Positions 60,453 to 64,000 of a stretch of 64,000 nucleotides of DNA are shown here, piece by piece. The translations under genes and the position numbers were made by a program. This stretch comes from Minisyncoccota bacterium (GTDB taxonomy: Bacteria > Patescibacteriota > Minisyncoccia > Phycocordibacterales > PALSA-1337), in assembly GCA_041671485.1 (NCBI GenBank), contig JBAZBL010000005.1, positions 19,296 to 83,295 on the forward strand, in the 5' to 3' direction. The stretch's first letter is position 1. Every line of letters starts with the position of its first letter. The notes below the pieces were generated by a model. The model made no database searches and was not told the origin of the DNA. It saw only the letters and a program-made list of their open reading frames with translations.

Positions 60453-61778
60453 CTATTTTAACTTATTTACCAAATCTTCAATTTTCACCCTCTCTTGCAC
60501 CCCTGTATCCCTATCACGTACAGTGACATCTCCTTTTTCGAGAGAATCAAAATCAACAGTTATACAATATGGCGTGCCTATTTCATCTTGTCTTCTATAT
60601 CTTTTTCCAATATTTCCATTGTCGTCAAATTCAACAGTGCCTACTCCCTGCGAAGTAGAGGAGCCCATTTCTTTCTTTAACATTTTATAAATTTCCAATG
60701 CCTTCTCTACCAATTTCGGCTTATTTTTGAGAAGTGGAAATACAGCCACCTTCACAGGTGCAATCTTCGAAGAAAGCTTGAGATATACTCTTTTCTCACC
60801 ATTCATTTCATCTTCTGTATAAGAATTGACTAGAGTAGCCAAAACCAATCTATCAACACCAAATGATGGCTCAATGACATGTGGTACTATCTTTTCTTTT
60901 GCTTCTTCATCTAGATATTCGAGAGAGACACTACTACCTTTACCATGACTCGATAGATCGAAATCTGTTCTATATGCCAAGCCAGACAACTCTTGACGGC
61001 CAAAAGGAAAATCGTATTCAAAATCTATAGTCCTTTTTGAATAATGAGCCAATTTCTCTTGTGGAACTTCCAATTCATGGACTTTATTACTATCTAGTCC
61101 CAAATCTTCAAAAAATGCCAATGTCTCCTTTCGAAGATCCTCAAAAGATTTTTCCCATTCATTTGGTCGTACGAAATATTCAATTTCCATTTGCTCGAAC
61201 TCTCTCGCCCTGAAAAGGAAATCTCTAGGGGCAATTTCATTCCTGAAAGCCTTCCCTATCTGTACCAGACCAAAGGGCAGTTTTGGATGGAATGAATCTA
61301 TAACATTTTTGAAATTGACAAACATACCTTGTGCAGTTTCTGGACGAAGATATGACTTGGTTGCTTCACCTTTTTCAGCACCTATATTTGTCTCAAACAT
61401 CATATTGAATTGTTTTGTACTACCCAATTCTCCTTTGCAATCTGGGCACTTTTTATTGTCTTCTAGCTGATCGGTACGAAATGTATGTTTGCATTTCTTA
61501 CATTCTGACATTGGGTCTGCAAAACCACTAGCATGACCACTAGACTGCCATACCTCTTTATTCATGATAATGGCAGAGTCAAAACGAAGCATATCTTCAC
61601 GAGAATCAGCAAAGCGATTCAGCCAAACTTTTTTGATATTTTCTTTTAATAAAACTCCATAATGTGCATAATCCCAAAAACCAGATAGTCCTCCATATAT
61701 CTCTGATCCTTGGAAAACAAAACCGCGCCTTTTACAAAGTGATACTATTTTGTCCATAAGTGAATCGTTTTCTGTCAT
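60453..61778 (-). CDS. glyQS: glycyl-tRNA synthetase (alpha2 dimeric, class II)
   Basis: RGFVFQGSEIYGGLSGFWDY..G...LKEN..., class II motifs, and a C-terminal anticodon-binding domain. Confidence 0.9.
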   Translation of the reverse strand: MTENDSLMDKIVSLCKRRGFVFQGSEIYGGLSGFWDYAHYGVLLKENIKKVWLNRFADSREDMLRFDSAIIMNKEVWQSSGHASGFADPMSECKKCKHTFRTDQLEDNKKCPDCKGELGSTKQFNMMFETNIGAEKGEATKSYLRPETAQGMFVNFKNVIDSFHPKLPFGLVQIGKAFRNEIAPRDFLFRAREFEQMEIEYFVRPNEWEKSFEDLRKETLAFFEDLGLDSNKVHELEVPQEKLAHYSKRTIDFEYDFPFGRQELSGLAYRTDFDLSSHGKGSSVSLEYLDEEAKEKIVPHVIEPSFGVDRLVLATLVNSYTEDEMNGEKRVYLKLSSKIAPVKVAVFPLLKNKPKLVEKALEIYKMLKKEMGSSTSQGVGTVEFDDNGNIGKRYRRQDEIGTPYCITVDFDSLEKGDVTVRDRDTGVQERVKIEDLVNKLK

Positions 61779-61813
61779 AAAAGCATTCTACATCAAAAAG
61801 ACAAATAATAAAA

Positions 61814-63745
61814 TCAACGATTTATTGTTTCCATGCCATCTTTATAACTTGGATCTGTGCTAAATCTGGTAGTGAGATAGCTTTGATTTCTAGTCAAACT
61901 CTGCATAGTGAAATCATCAGTTCCTGTCATGGTCGCATCATTCACTATGACAGGTATATTGTTGACCTGACTTACACTAGGCTCCACGGCGATTTGGAAA
62001 TATAATTCTTTGCGTATACCACTATACGTAGTATTTGTACCAACTGTTCCTACATTCCATGTAATAGAATTTGTTGACTGTGAGAATGTTACATCTTCAG
62101 TAGATGGACTGACTTTACCCAGCCATTCTACATATGGAGGAAGTATTGCGGTAACTTTTGTATCTTTCAAAAGGTTAACAGTATTGTCAATTGCCCAGAT
62201 TATTGTATAAGTTGTCTTTTGATCGGCCTTGGGTGGTATAGGACCAGAATTAACAAATGGACCTATAGAGCGCACCACCCTTCCAGATAAAGTTGGATTT
62301 GTTGTTACTCGTAAAATACGATTGATCACAGAATCGAGTGTTTCTGGTACACCAGTTTCTTGTGTACGTCTACCTGAAACAGTAACTACAAATGATAAAG
62401 TCGGATTTACGATTGGCCTATTTGACACACTCAAATTTCTCGGTGTAATAGAAAATGATACAGCATTACTCTCGCCCGCCCCAACAGAAGCCAATTGTGG
62501 TATTGTTTGTTGATTCCAGATAATTTCATCTATTACCGAACGATAATAACCAATACCAGGTTGAACAAGTGTCCTATCATAAGCCGATCCTGCAAGCTTG
62601 ACTCTAACTTCTGCACCAGAGACTGTGGTTGGCAAATTATTGAATAGTGATATCTCTACTCGAGCTGGTTGATTGAATTCTCCTATTGCTGGTATTGTAC
62701 CCTGTTCCCCATTTACTCCTACTGTCACAGACATAAATGGTTTCTGTATAGACACCTCTTGTGTAAGAGACATATATTCTGTTCCAATCACATTTGGATT
62801 CTTATTGCTCTGTGCACCAACACCAAAATGAAAGACTCGAATATCTGTATCTTCACCTTGAAGTTTGCCCTTGATATTTATTGTTTTTTGTCCACCAGAT
62901 GGTATATCACCCAATTTCCATGTCGAATTACTTGGCAAAGGATTTAGATCCGAGGAGATAAATGTAAAACCAAATGGATATGTCGCACTAACAATTACGT
63001 TTTTGAGTGTTTCTGTTGTATTGGATCTCACATTTAGTGTGATATCAAACGGTTGTCCAGAAGTTATTTCCTTGAATGAAGAAACATTAAGATTTACTGG
63101 TGAAGAATTGATGAGTACATCATATGTTTGTTTTTTTGTAAATGAAGAAGATGACCCTTTGACTTGATAAGTGATATTTACAGCTATTTGTCTCTGCATA
63201 TTTTCTTCACCAAATATGATTGCTTGGATAGTCTTCCTAACATTATTACCAGCAGGGATCTCTCCCAGCAATTCTTGATATGTTGTAAGTTCTTTACCTG
63301 GATTATTTGGATCGGTTGCACCAGCGGGGAAATCTACAGTCATATCAACCAACTGTAGGTCAATATTATTTTTATTGACAACTGTGATATCGAAAGACAC
63401 AGGTGTCCCACCGGGAATAGATACTGGACCGTTTATGAGGATCTGTATATTATCACCAGAAATGAGATTGGCGCCTTTCAAAAAGAGATACGTGCCTATA
63501 CCAACTGCAACAATACAAAAGATGATAGATCCTATTAAAATTTTTTTTATAAAAGACATTGAATGATCTTCATAATTCTGATTCAATTTGGGATCTACTG
63601 TTTTTTCTTCTTTGTGATCCCAATCTGTTTTCAAATCTGTTACCATATCGCCAAATCTAAGCTTCCTCCTAGTGCGCACATCTGGCGCATTCCTAGAATA
63701 CAGTGATTTACTCAATTCGTCTATTTTGCTTTGGTCTTTCTGCAT
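61814..63745 (-). CDS. large membrane-anchored surface protein with tandem Ig-like/beta-sandwich domains
   Basis: 643 aa. N-terminal cytoplasmic segment plus a TM, then repeated ~100-aa beta-rich modules. Confidence 0.5.
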   Translation of the reverse strand: MQKDQSKIDELSKSLYSRNAPDVRTRRKLRFGDMVTDLKTDWDHKEEKTVDPKLNQNYEDHSMSFIKKILIGSIIFCIVAVGIGTYLFLKGANLISGDNIQILINGPVSIPGGTPVSFDITVVNKNNIDLQLVDMTVDFPAGATDPNNPGKELTTYQELLGEIPAGNNVRKTIQAIIFGEENMQRQIAVNITYQVKGSSSSFTKKQTYDVLINSSPVNLNVSSFKEITSGQPFDITLNVRSNTTETLKNVIVSATYPFGFTFISSDLNPLPSNSTWKLGDIPSGGQKTINIKGKLQGEDTDIRVFHFGVGAQSNKNPNVIGTEYMSLTQEVSIQKPFMSVTVGVNGEQGTIPAIGEFNQPARVEISLFNNLPTTVSGAEVRVKLAGSAYDRTLVQPGIGYYRSVIDEIIWNQQTIPQLASVGAGESNAVSFSITPRNLSVSNRPIVNPTLSFVVTVSGRRTQETGVPETLDSVINRILRVTTNPTLSGRVVRSIGPFVNSGPIPPKADQKTTYTIIWAIDNTVNLLKDTKVTAILPPYVEWLGKVSPSTEDVTFSQSTNSITWNVGTVGTNTTYSGIRKELYFQIAVEPSVSQVNNIPVIVNDATMTGTDDFTMQSLTRNQSYLTTRFSTDPSYKDGMETINR

Positions 63746-63794
63746 ATATACAATGATATTGTACTACGGATTCACTATCAATAGAAATCCATTA

Positions 63795-64000
63795 TAGATG
63801 AGATTCCGACAATGCTTTATTTATTTCCCTATTCAAGACAATTCTCTTGTCTTGAAGCAGATTCAATAATTCATCATTTATTTCTATTGACTTCAGATAT
63901 TCATTCAATCCCTTTTGGTCACCTATATAGCCCAATAAATAGAGTATTCTTGCAACAATCAATGATTCCAGAACATCAATCTTTTTCTCTGAAATTTTAT
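63795..64000 (-). CDS. hypothetical protein, C-terminal fragment (the ORF enters from beyond the window end)
   Basis: Open frame on the minus strand ending ...NREINKALSESHL* at 63795. No start within the window. Confidence 0.3.

Overview
This window is low-GC (about 35%) and AT-rich, and reads as a small-genome bacterium. Its traits suggest CPR/Patescibacteria. Genes show no Shine-Dalgarno motifs, both rRNA genes carry LAGLIDADG-encoding introns, and S/T-rich surface proteins sit beside glycosyltransferases. Almost all genes lie on the minus strand.

Contents:
- An accessory, island-like segment (1-6700) abuts the 3' end of tmRNA (ssrA-smpB). It holds an AbiEi/AbiEii type IV toxin-antitoxin pair, a Fic-domain gene, two paralogous ~150-bp structured repeats flanking a zinc-ribbon ORF, GC-rich orphan ORFs, an IS30 element and a GIY-YIG nuclease.
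- Core genes: cls, infC-rpmI-rplT, a beta-CASP RNase, ndk, secDF, a polyprenyl sugar transferase, GT4, rodA/ftsW, rplJ-rplL with its leader, ftsK, recA, efp, rpsF-ssb-rpsR, tatD, metG, glyQS and an M16 peptidase.
- Two tRNAs (Ile-GAT, Leu-CAG). A tRNA-Ile 3'-end remnant forms a pseudo-tRNA next to a Bro-N/DinD-like gene.
- An unlinked rRNA system. The 16S gene carries a ~946-nt group I intron encoding a LAGLIDADG endonuclease plus an expansion segment. A 23S-5S pair lies 9.5 kb away. Its 23S has a LAGLIDADG intron, an ORF-less intron splitting the sarcin-ricin loop, and two near-identical AU-rich palindromic inserts.
- A cell-envelope cluster pairs a GT2 polyprenol-phosphate-sugar synthase with a GT-C (PMT/ArnT-like) transferase, flanked by Ser/Thr-rich peptidoglycan-binding surface proteins.
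- Phased GATAAAAT arrays lie upstream of two operons, and a GATGACACA-box palindrome lies upstream of ftsK.

The features that look most novel are the paired structured repeats in the ssrA-adjacent island, the tRNA-Ile pseudo-tRNA remnant, the GATAAAAT arrays, the multi-intron rRNAs whose 16S 3' tail has no CCUCC, and the candidate lipid-linked glycosylation system for S/T-rich surface proteins.
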